A stretch of DNA of 48,485 nt from a virus. Taxonomy: Duplodnaviria > Caudoviricetes. Made by a program: the position numbers and the translations under genes. Below are positions 35,190 to 42,699 of this stretch, piece by piece. The stretch is taken from positions 1 through 48,485 of the IMG/VR virus record IMGVR_UViG_3300032301_000901. One strand, written 5' to 3'. Position 1 is the stretch's first letter. Every line of letters starts with the position of its first letter. The notes below the pieces were generated by a model. That model was not told the origin of the DNA and searched no databases. It saw nothing but the letters and a program-made list of their open reading frames with translations.

Positions 35190-35954
35190 ATGGTAGTTCA
35201 AATTTTTACTTCTGTTGTTAATCGTCCCGATTTTATTCCTCTTCAACATCGTCTTTTTCAAAAGTTTCTGAAAGATGAATATAAGTTTCATATTGTAGAT
35301 GATTCAATTGATTCCAATATTTCTAATCAATTTCAGTCTATTTGTTTGGAAAATAAGTTTTCTTATTATAAAAAACCAGAAAGAAAAATTCCAATGAATC
35401 CAGCGCAAGCTTGTGCCGATACTGTTCAATGGACTTATGATAATATTATTAGAAAAAATCATAGAAATGATATTGTATTTTTTTGTGATTCTGATATGTT
35501 TTTGATTGATGAATTTAATATTGAAGAATATATGAGTGATGCTATTATTGCAGGACTCCCACAAAAGAGGGGAGAAGTTACTTATATGTGGAATGGAATA
35601 ATGTTTTTTAATATGCCTAAGATAATTGATTTGGATATTGATTTTTCTGATGGTATTGTCGAAGGTGAGATGACCGATGTTGGTGGGCATACTTATTATT
35701 ATTTTAAGAAAAATGATATTGGGATGAAAAAAACTGATGATGAGTTACCACTATATCCAACTCATTTTGGTGATATTGAAATCCAAAATGATGAAGTAAC
35801 CAAAGGGTATAACTTTGAATTGCATTTAGATGGTAAATTTTTACACTATCGTGCGGCAACTAATTGGCATTCTAATTGGAGAGATTCTAATGATCCTTTA
35901 GTTAAAAAAACTAAGGTTTTTAATTGTATAATGGAGAATATTTTAAATGAATAA
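35190..35954 (+). CDS. Putative GT-A fold glycosyltransferase
   Basis: IVDDS and FCDSDMF DxD motifs; within the glycan cluster. Confidence 0.6.
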   Translation: MVVQIFTSVVNRPDFIPLQHRLFQKFLKDEYKFHIVDDSIDSNISNQFQSICLENKFSYYKKPERKIPMNPAQACADTVQWTYDNIIRKNHRNDIVFFCDSDMFLIDEFNIEEYMSDAIIAGLPQKRGEVTYMWNGIMFFNMPKIIDLDIDFSDGIVEGEMTDVGGHTYYYFKKNDIGMKKTDDELPLYPTHFGDIEIQNDEVTKGYNFELHLDGKFLHYRAATNWHSNWRDSNDPLVKKTKVFNCIMENILNE

Positions 35955-36729
35955 TATACCAACTGTCGTTAAAGCTCAGGGATTGTGTAATAGAATTAAA
36001 ACCTATATGAGTTTACTTTGTGAATATGAACAAGTTAATACACAGGTATATGCTGATTCTTACATATTTCCTCAAATTCAATATAATGAAAAACCTGTAA
36101 ATGAGGTGTGTGGGTGGAGGTTGAAAGTTCTTCCAGAAGAAGAAAAATACATAAAAAATTATAAGACAATAGATCTTTTATATGAAAAAACACCACACTA
36201 TTTTATAGACAAGTATTTGAAATGTATTGATAAATTGGAAATAGATCCTGGCATACTGGAGTATGTTGATGACTTTATAAAAGATTGGGATGATGTAATT
36301 GGTGTTCATATTAGAACATGGCATTCTGATGGTCATAGAAGTTTGTGGCACCATAATTCCATTTTCGAAGAAGAAATTGATAAGTTTCCAATAGACAAAA
36401 AAATATTTTTATGTAGTGATAATCCAGAAACAATAAAATATTTTTTAGAAAAATATTCTGAAAGAATCATTCTGCACCCACAAAAATTGCATGATACTTT
36501 TTTGGGACAAATTCATCCATATGATCAATATCATAATGATATTCAATTAATTACTGATGGATTTATTGATTGTCTGCTTTTGTCAAAATGTGATACAATT
36601 ATAGGTACATGGGGCAGTACATTTACTGAAGTTGCTTGGTGGTTGAGTAAATGTAAATCGAATGTGATTATACCCAAATCTCCAAATATAACATCGAAAG
36701 ATGGAGCAGATTTTTTTACATTAAAATGA
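35947..36729 (+). CDS. Putative fucosyltransferase-like (GT-B) protein
   Basis: GLCNRI, GVHIRT, FLCSDN, DCLLLSKC...GSTF. Confidence 0.7.
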   Translation: MNNIPTVVKAQGLCNRIKTYMSLLCEYEQVNTQVYADSYIFPQIQYNEKPVNEVCGWRLKVLPEEEKYIKNYKTIDLLYEKTPHYFIDKYLKCIDKLEIDPGILEYVDDFIKDWDDVIGVHIRTWHSDGHRSLWHHNSIFEEEIDKFPIDKKIFLCSDNPETIKYFLEKYSERIILHPQKLHDTFLGQIHPYDQYHNDIQLITDGFIDCLLLSKCDTIIGTWGSTFTEVAWWLSKCKSNVIIPKSPNITSKDGADFFTLK

Positions 36730-36732
36730 TAT

Positions 36733-37527
36733 ATGGATAAAAATAAAGCAGTATATAAACTCAAGGGTCTTCCTCCAATTTACTATCTCAATTTGGATGA
36801 ACAACCAGAAAGAGCACAATATATGGAAGACCATTTTAAGTATTGGGAAATTGAAGACTATACTCGTATCTCTGCTTATGATGGTAGGGACGGCAGAGAC
36901 CTTGGAGACATTCTCAAAGGGCGTTATCCTGATATGATGTCCTCTGGTGAGGTAGGTTGCACTACGTCGCATCTGAAAGCACTCAAACACTTCTTAGAGA
37001 CTTCTGATTCTCCTTGTGCTCTAATTATGGAGGATGATTGTGATATTTCCACAGTATCTCACTGGCCTTTTAAATGGAAGGATTTCTTTTGCAAAGTTCC
37101 TTATGATTATGATGTCGTTCAACTTGCGATTATTAATCCTGCACAAGTTCATGTAAAAATGCATCGTCGGTTTGTGAATGACTTTTCAACTGCTTGCTAC
37201 TTGATTACTCGTCACCATGCACAAAAACTTATGGATCTCCATGTTCGTGGTGATAAGTATAAGTTGGACAATGGAGTCAAACCACGTGCCGTTGCCGATG
37301 ATTTGATTTATAATTCTGGCAATACCTTTGCGATTCCTTTGTTTCTTTATAAGATTGAATTGGGATCTTCCATTCATGATGAACATGTTGATGTATTTCA
37401 TAAGTCAAGTTATGATGGTCTTTGGAATTTTTGGAAAGTTGATGCGACTAATGTTGGTGATTGGAATTCTATTTTTGATTATGATCCTTATGCCGGTCGC
37501 CTTCCGCCAGGATTTGAAGACAAATAG
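36733..37527 (+). CDS. GT25 family glycosyltransferase
   Basis: YYLNLD...RISAYDG...GEVGCTTSH...IMEDD...STACYLI. Confidence 0.85.
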   Translation: MDKNKAVYKLKGLPPIYYLNLDEQPERAQYMEDHFKYWEIEDYTRISAYDGRDGRDLGDILKGRYPDMMSSGEVGCTTSHLKALKHFLETSDSPCALIMEDDCDISTVSHWPFKWKDFFCKVPYDYDVVQLAIINPAQVHVKMHRRFVNDFSTACYLITRHHAQKLMDLHVRGDKYKLDNGVKPRAVADDLIYNSGNTFAIPLFLYKIELGSSIHDEHVDVFHKSSYDGLWNFWKVDATNVGDWNSIFDYDPYAGRLPPGFEDK

Positions 37528-37583
37528 AACTTGACAAAACTCAAAAAATCTTGTATAGTCCATATTGTTGAACGCCTTTTATT

Positions 37584-37793
37584 ATGACAATCACAACCGA
37601 AGACGGCAATCGTCAAAATCTGTTTGCTGTCGAACCTAAAATGTACATTACGGAGAAAGACATGGAAGAACACGAACAAGAAACTTATGCTCAAAGGGCC
37701 GAAATTTGGAATTCCAGAACTGCTATGGTTGGTGTAGTTGCTGGTTTAGTGTCTTATGCACTGACTGGCAATCTTTTCTTTGGCATTTATTAA
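37584..37793 (+). CDS. hli: High-light-inducible protein (long form)
   Basis: QNLFAVEPKMY N-terminus and AEIWNSRTAMVG chlorophyll-binding helix; TTGACA-N17-TATAGT promoter upstream. Confidence 0.88.
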   Translation: MTITTEDGNRQNLFAVEPKMYITEKDMEEHEQETYAQRAEIWNSRTAMVGVVAGLVSYALTGNLFFGIY

Positions 37794-37808
37794 TAAAGAG
37801 GTATTAAA

Positions 37809-37928
37809 ATGAAATTCGGTTGGACACGAGAAAACGAACTCAAAAATGGGAAGATTGCTATGATTGGATTTATTGCTATGATTGGTTCTTATATTGTAAG
37901 CGGTCAAGTAATTCCTGGATTATGGTAA
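37809..37928 (+). CDS. hli: High-light-inducible protein (short form, 39 aa)
   Basis: Translated by hand: MKFGWTRENELKNGKIAMIGFIAMIGSYIVSGQVIPGLW; GAGG RBS. Confidence 0.85.
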   Translation: MKFGWTRENELKNGKIAMIGFIAMIGSYIVSGQVIPGLW

Positions 37929-37942
37929 CTAAATAATATTAC

Positions 37943-38026
37943 CTGACTTGTTGGCGCTTTTCGGGTAAAGATTGGAGGGCATAATCTCCCTCCTTTCTTA
38001 TATAAATAGTGTTGCCAACAAGTTAG
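37943..38026 (+). promoter_or_regulatory. Stem + terminator-like hairpin + late promoter cassette upstream of endonuclease
   Basis: CTGACTTGTTGGC pairs with GCCAACAAGTTAG (one G-U); inner GGAGGG/CCCTCC plus T; TATAAATA at 38001-38008. Confidence 0.75.
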
Positions 38027-38035
38027 AGTATAACT

Positions 38036-38803
38036 GTGCCTAAAAGATTATCCGAAAAACTTAAAGATGCTGTAGTAGAGGATTACTTATCTGGCATTAC
38101 ATGCAGAGAAATAATTAAAAAACATAGAACTTATGAGTTATATTCTATATTAAAAGAAAGAAATATAGAATATAAACAGAATAATGATTCACAGAAAGAA
38201 AAATATAAAATAGTTATTGATTTATATAATCAAGGTGAAAAAATAGAAAATATTGTTGATGTGAATGGTTCCCAAAATGTGTATCAAATATTAAAAAAAT
38301 ACAATATAGAAAGAGAAAGAAATCCAAAGGAATATAATACTAATAAAAAACAAAAAAGAAATCAAATATTAATAGAAGAATATTTGTCTGGAAAACTCAC
38401 GATAACTGATTTGTGTGAAAATTATAATATGTCTAGTACAAATATTTACAGAATACTTAAAGTGTATAACATCACTCCACCAAGAAATAAACACAATCAT
38501 TGGGTAATAAATCAAAAACTTAAAGAAACTCCAAATATGAAATGTAAATTTTATATCTTGGATAATTATTATGGATATACTAAAATTGGAATAACTACAA
38601 AAAATACTGTAAGGAGTAGGTATAGAAAAAATATAAATGTAATTTTTGAATTGGATGAAACATTAAACCATTGCTATAATTTGGAAGTTAAAATTAAACG
38701 ATCTTTGAAGTCTTATATGCCAAAAAATATTGATAAAACCATTGATGGGTGGTCTGAATGCTATGAAATTAACCCCATAGAGATTATTCCTATGATTGCA
38801 TAA
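38036..38803 (+). CDS. Putative homing endonuclease: HTH repeats plus C-terminal GIY-YIG-like domain
   Basis: Three repeats of Y-LSG/NQG...YxILK; then FYIL...YTKIGIT...R...LE...GWSECY. Confidence 0.7.
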   Translation: MPKRLSEKLKDAVVEDYLSGITCREIIKKHRTYELYSILKERNIEYKQNNDSQKEKYKIVIDLYNQGEKIENIVDVNGSQNVYQILKKYNIERERNPKEYNTNKKQKRNQILIEEYLSGKLTITDLCENYNMSSTNIYRILKVYNITPPRNKHNHWVINQKLKETPNMKCKFYILDNYYGYTKIGITTKNTVRSRYRKNINVIFELDETLNHCYNLEVKIKRSLKSYMPKNIDKTIDGWSECYEINPIEIIPMIA

Positions 38804-38889
38804 TTTTTTGGAGTATTCTGAAACTCTAACTTAACTATCCTATACAAAAAGACTCTGTTCTATATAAGAATGGAGTCTTTCCTCTTTTT

Positions 38890-39051
38890 ATGCCTAGAAA
38901 CGAATTTTCAAAGGAAGAAATTAGGTGTCATGTTGAGAAGTTAAAGAACGAATTATATAACGAACGGATTGGATATACTTCAGATCCAAAGGGATTGGCA
39001 AACAGATATCTTAATCGAGTCCTGGATAAAATTCAGGAATATTATAGATGA
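38890..39051 (+). CDS. Small hypothetical protein (MPRNEFSKEEIRCHVEKLKNELY...)
   Basis: 53-aa ORF translated by hand. Confidence 0.55.
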   Translation: MPRNEFSKEEIRCHVEKLKNELYNERIGYTSDPKGLANRYLNRVLDKIQEYYR

Positions 39052-39134
39052 TCTATCATATTTTCCAATATTATTTCATAATCGGTTTTATTGTATTGGT
39101 CATTAAGGTAGCAAATTATAAGTAGTCATACCTA

Positions 39135-39163
39135 TTGACAGCATTTCCTGACAATGCTATGAT
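39135..39163 (+). promoter_or_regulatory. Sigma70-type psbA promoter TTGACA-N17-TATGAT
   Basis: -35 at 39135-39140 and -10 at 39158-39163. Confidence 0.75.
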
Positions 39164-39195
39164 AAATACATGTTAAGAAATGTAATGTTTCTTAA

Positions 39196-39295
39196 TCTTG
39201 CCGCACCAGGACTAGGCAAGTAAAATCCGTCCTTATACCTATGCAGGAGGGTTGCATAGGAATACTTTTACCGTTCAGCACCTCCTGAACTCATA
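39196..39295 (+). ncRNA. PhotoRC-II-like cis-regulatory RNA in the psbA 5' UTR
   Basis: CTTGCC/GGCAAG hairpin with AGGAC/GTCCT pseudoknot; CCTATGCA/TGCATAGG and GTTCAG/CTGAAC hairpins whose loops GGAGG/CCTCC can pair. Position matches the known cyanophage motif. Confidence 0.7.
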
Positions 39296-39313
39296 TCTAT
39301 CCCTTTTTAACAA

Positions 39314-40650
39314 ATGACTGCTACAATTGCTACACGCCAATCAGGCGAAAATCTCTGGGAACGTTACCTTAGTTGGGTAACAAGTACAAATAATCGTTTA
39401 TACGTCGGACATTTTGGAGTATTACTTATTCCAACAGTTTTAACTGCCACTATTTGCTTCATTCTCGCATTTATTGCCGCACCTCCAACGGACCTAGACG
39501 GAATTAGGGAGGCAGTATCTGGTTCCTTAATGTATGGAAATAACATAATTTCCGGTTCAGTGATTCCGAGTTCAAATGCTATAGGTTTGCATCTGTACCC
39601 GATTTGGGAAGCACAAACTCTAGAAGAATGGTTATACAATGGAGGTGAATATCAACTCATTGTTTTCCATTTTATGATTGCTATCTATGCATATATGGGT
39701 CGTGAATGGGAACTTTCATATAGGTTATCAATGCGTCCTTGGATTTGTGTTGCCTACAGTGCTCCTGTTGCTGCTGCTACTGCTATTTTTCTTGCTTATC
39801 CCATTTCACAAGGTTCTTTTTCTGATGGATTTCCTTTGGGAATTTCGGGTCAATTTAATTTTATGTTAGTCTTTCAGGCAGAGCATAATATTTTAATGAA
39901 TCCGTTCCATATGTTGGGTGTTGCTGGTGTTTTTGGGGGTGCGTTAATTTCTGCAACTCACGGTTCCCTAGTCACCAGTTCTCTTATTAGAGAAACTACT
40001 GAAACTGAAAGTCTAAACTATGGTTATAAGTTCGGACAGGAAGAAGAGACTTATAATTTGGTTTCAGCACACGGATATCTGGGTCGTCTTCTGTTCCAAT
40101 ATGCATCTTTTAACAATAGTCGTTCACTTCACTTTGTAATGGCAGCATTTCCGGTTATTGGAATTTGGTTCGCTGCTTGTGGAATTTTTATGTCTGGTTT
40201 TAATCTAAACGGTCTAAATTACAATCATTCAATTCTAGATAATCAAGGTCGTCCAATCAATACTTGGGCGGATTTATTGACGAGAGCAAATCTAGGAATT
40301 GAGGTGATTTCAGAAGTGTAGTCACCTATAAGTAGGGATACTTATACAAAAAACTGGGTTAAACGGGGAAACTCTCAAGTAGACAATCCCGTACCAATCC
40401 GAAGAGGACATAGGTTCTTCGGCAGGTCTAACGACTAGGTAGTGAGTTCTAACAATAATCTACCCACGAATGCCCAGCATCCAGAACGGATGAAGAGATA
40501 GTCTGAACTCTATGGTGACATAGAGAAATAAGGAATAAAGAGTCCTTATGATAACACAATTGGCACGAACGGAACGCACATAACTTCCCATTAGATTTGG
40601 CGAGTGTTAAATCAACTCCTGTTGCTTTAACGGCACCTACTGTGGGTTGA
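39314..40650 (+). CDS. psbA: Photosystem II D1 protein, two exons (39314-40308 and 40563-40650), 360 aa after splicing
   Basis: Exon 1 is clearly D1 up to NLGIEV-AT. Exon 2 supplies [29 protein letters not shown]. The spliced length is 1083 nt and in frame. Confidence 0.95.
40309..40562 (+). mobile_element. Group I self-splicing intron (254 nt, no ORF)
   Basis: P1 AGGUGAU/GUCACCU with U-G at the 5' splice site. Core elements AAACGGGGAAA, CAAUCCCGUA, AACGACUA, AAGAGAUAGUC. Terminal G; P10 GUGU/GCAC. Confidence 0.92.
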
Positions 40651-40739
40651 CATTTAACTAAATTAATGGTATGATATTAAGGAACTCTTCGGGGTTCCTT
40701 TTTTTTTATATAAATAATGGTAAATTGTGTTCGTTACTT

Positions 40740-41654
40740 ATGACTAGACAGGGTTCTTATACTTATGAAAATCTCAATCAAGTATGTAAAAATAGAGGAT
40801 TGCAATTTAGAGATATTCAAAAAAATTATTCTAAACGATATTATGTGAATGTATATTGTGATTGTTCTGGAGAAAGAAAGGTTTTAGTTTCTGGTTTGGA
40901 TAAGTCTACAGTTTGTTGTAAAAGAAAATCAAAATTGGGTGAAAACAATCCCCGTTATGGTGTTGAAGTTTCAATAGTTAGGGATTGGTCATCTGAAATT
41001 AAAAATACTTGCTCCAATTTATGTTTATGTGCTGTTTTGCCCGAAAAACTTACGGCACACGCAAGAATAAGATTTTCGTGTCCTCACAGGACAATAAAAG
41101 AAACTACGGTATTAAGATTTGTGGAAAGAAAATATTGCTGTAAGTCTCAAGCATCAAAAGCACACGACCCAGAACTTAAAAGAAAAGCGGGAAGAATTGT
41201 TTGGGATAAAAGTAGAGATAAAATGTTACAAAAATCAAAAGAAAGATGGGAAAGAGATGGTGAAAGAGAAAGGCATAGTAAAAGGTGTGCGGAAGTAATT
41301 TTAGAAAAAAGAGAGGATGGTTGGACTAATCCTGGGTGGGGATGGAAACCTAATGATGAGAATAGAAATTTACCTTGCTCTTTATATTTTATTAAGTATA
41401 AAGATAATGATGGATTGCATTATAAAATTGGAATCACTATACAAACAATTAAAGAGAGATTTCGTCATCAATTAGTTGAAGTTATTGATGAATATAATTC
41501 TACTTTTGGTGAATGTTATACTCTTGAGCAACAACAACTTAAATATGCTAAAGATAATGGTTGGAGATATTCCAGTCATTCTACAACTGAACTTATAAAA
41601 CCCGAAGGAATTCCTCATCTTTTGGAAGTATTCTCAAAACTAAAATGCTCATAA
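40740..41654 (+). CDS. Putative free-standing homing endonuclease (Cys-rich N-terminus, C-terminal GIY-YIG-like domain)
   Basis: GENNPRYG NUMOD-like motif; LYFIK...YKIGIT...ERF...LEQ...TTEL. Terminator and TATAAATA (40709-40716) upstream. Confidence 0.72.
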   Translation: MTRQGSYTYENLNQVCKNRGLQFRDIQKNYSKRYYVNVYCDCSGERKVLVSGLDKSTVCCKRKSKLGENNPRYGVEVSIVRDWSSEIKNTCSNLCLCAVLPEKLTAHARIRFSCPHRTIKETTVLRFVERKYCCKSQASKAHDPELKRKAGRIVWDKSRDKMLQKSKERWERDGERERHSKRCAEVILEKREDGWTNPGWGWKPNDENRNLPCSLYFIKYKDNDGLHYKIGITIQTIKERFRHQLVEVIDEYNSTFGECYTLEQQQLKYAKDNGWRYSSHSTTELIKPEGIPHLLEVFSKLKCS

Positions 41655-41706
41655 TCCTCACATTCCTCCAAGTATTCGGTTTATTCCTCTTTCTAATGTC
41701 CCTACT

Positions 41707-41877
41707 ATGATAACCTCCACCACTTCAAATAAACTCGCAGAGATTATCAGAGATACGTGGCCCAATCTTTATAGACCACCAGCAGATTTCAAACCACCAG
41801 CACTTTACAATTTACCAGAAGTGTCTTATAATAATCAAAAGTCTTTAAATGATGAACGAATACTGGATCGTAACTGA
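41707..41877 (+). CDS. Small hypothetical protein (MITSTTSNKLAEIIRDTWPNLY...)
   Basis: 56-aa ORF translated by hand; preceded by a 21-aa hydrophobic ORF (41645-41710) with an ATGA overlap. Confidence 0.5.
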   Translation: MITSTTSNKLAEIIRDTWPNLYRPPADFKPPALYNLPEVSYNNQKSLNDERILDRN

Positions 41878-42124
41878 AAATAGAACTGGAAGAGTCATCT
41901 GCCATTGTGCTAATATTAATGATGCGATGATGATGGTTTCCTTTGACCCAGAAAAAAGAACATATAGTCGTAATAGAGTTTTGATGGATCAAGTGATTGA
42001 TATAAGTTCCACGACCGACAAGCAGCTTCCGGGACAAGTTGGTCTTTCTGTTGGAAAGGTCGAAGTACTCAATTCATCACAAATCAAACTTCCAGAAAGG
42101 CAAGAAGATCCTTTCAAGATATGA
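41849..42124 (+). CDS. Hypothetical protein
   Basis: 91-aa ORF, co-oriented with neighbours. Confidence 0.6.
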   Translation: MMNEYWIVTENRTGRVICHCANINDAMMMVSFDPEKRTYSRNRVLMDQVIDISSTTDKQLPGQVGLSVGKVEVLNSSQIKLPERQEDPFKI

Positions 42125-42243
42125 TAAACAAAATTAAACATTTTCTGGAAAGAGACCAGGACATTACATTTTATGATGAGTTTTATTACATCTATATCAC
42201 ACTTAAAGAACTTATGAGAGTTATAGTAACAAAGAATAAATAA
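42121..42243 (+). CDS. Small hypothetical protein (MINKIKHFLERDQDITFYDEF...)
   Basis: 40-aa ORF with an ATGA overlap. Confidence 0.45.
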   Translation: MINKIKHFLERDQDITFYDEFYYIYITLKELMRVIVTKNK

Positions 42244-42262
42244 TTATAAGTCGCGGGCACTT

Positions 42263-42634
42263 ATGGTTCCTCTGCATTCTCCTAAGGACTATTTGTTTAA
42301 TCTTCAGGCAACAAATAAATCGGAAGCAAAACGAATGTGGAGGCAGAACATAAAAGATGCATGGAATCATGAATGTGCATACTGTGAATCGAAGGAAAAT
42401 ATTACATTAGATCATGTTATACCTCAGTGTAAAGGTGGTCTTGATATTAAAACTAATGTGATTGCATGTTGCCATTCATGTAATCAATCAAAGGGACATA
42501 TTCCATGGGAAGAATGGTATTATGATCAGTATTTCTTCTCTATTGAAAACTATGAAAAAATTGTGGAATGGATGAAACCAGAGTCTCCCACAAATGTTTT
42601 TGCTTATCGTCCAAGGCGCAATAATGCCTCTTAA
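42263..42634 (+). CDS. HNH endonuclease (McrA-like)
   Basis: CAYC...TLDHVIPQCKGG...NVIACCHSCNQSKG. Confidence 0.88.
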   Translation: MVPLHSPKDYLFNLQATNKSEAKRMWRQNIKDAWNHECAYCESKENITLDHVIPQCKGGLDIKTNVIACCHSCNQSKGHIPWEEWYYDQYFFSIENYEKIVEWMKPESPTNVFAYRPRRNNAS

Positions 42635-42699
42635 TTTTATATTATAAATAACACAGGCAGTACATACTGCCATTACTTGGCACATACCAATTGCGATAA

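Noticed and set aside
39314-40321. psbA as a truncated pseudogene (335-aa ORF ending ISEV)
   Set aside because: The missing C-terminus is present at 40563-40650 and is joined in frame by removal of a group I intron.
40671-40739. N-terminal extension of the post-psbA endonuclease
   Set aside because: It spans a terminator hairpin and the late promoter; ATG 40740 is preferred.
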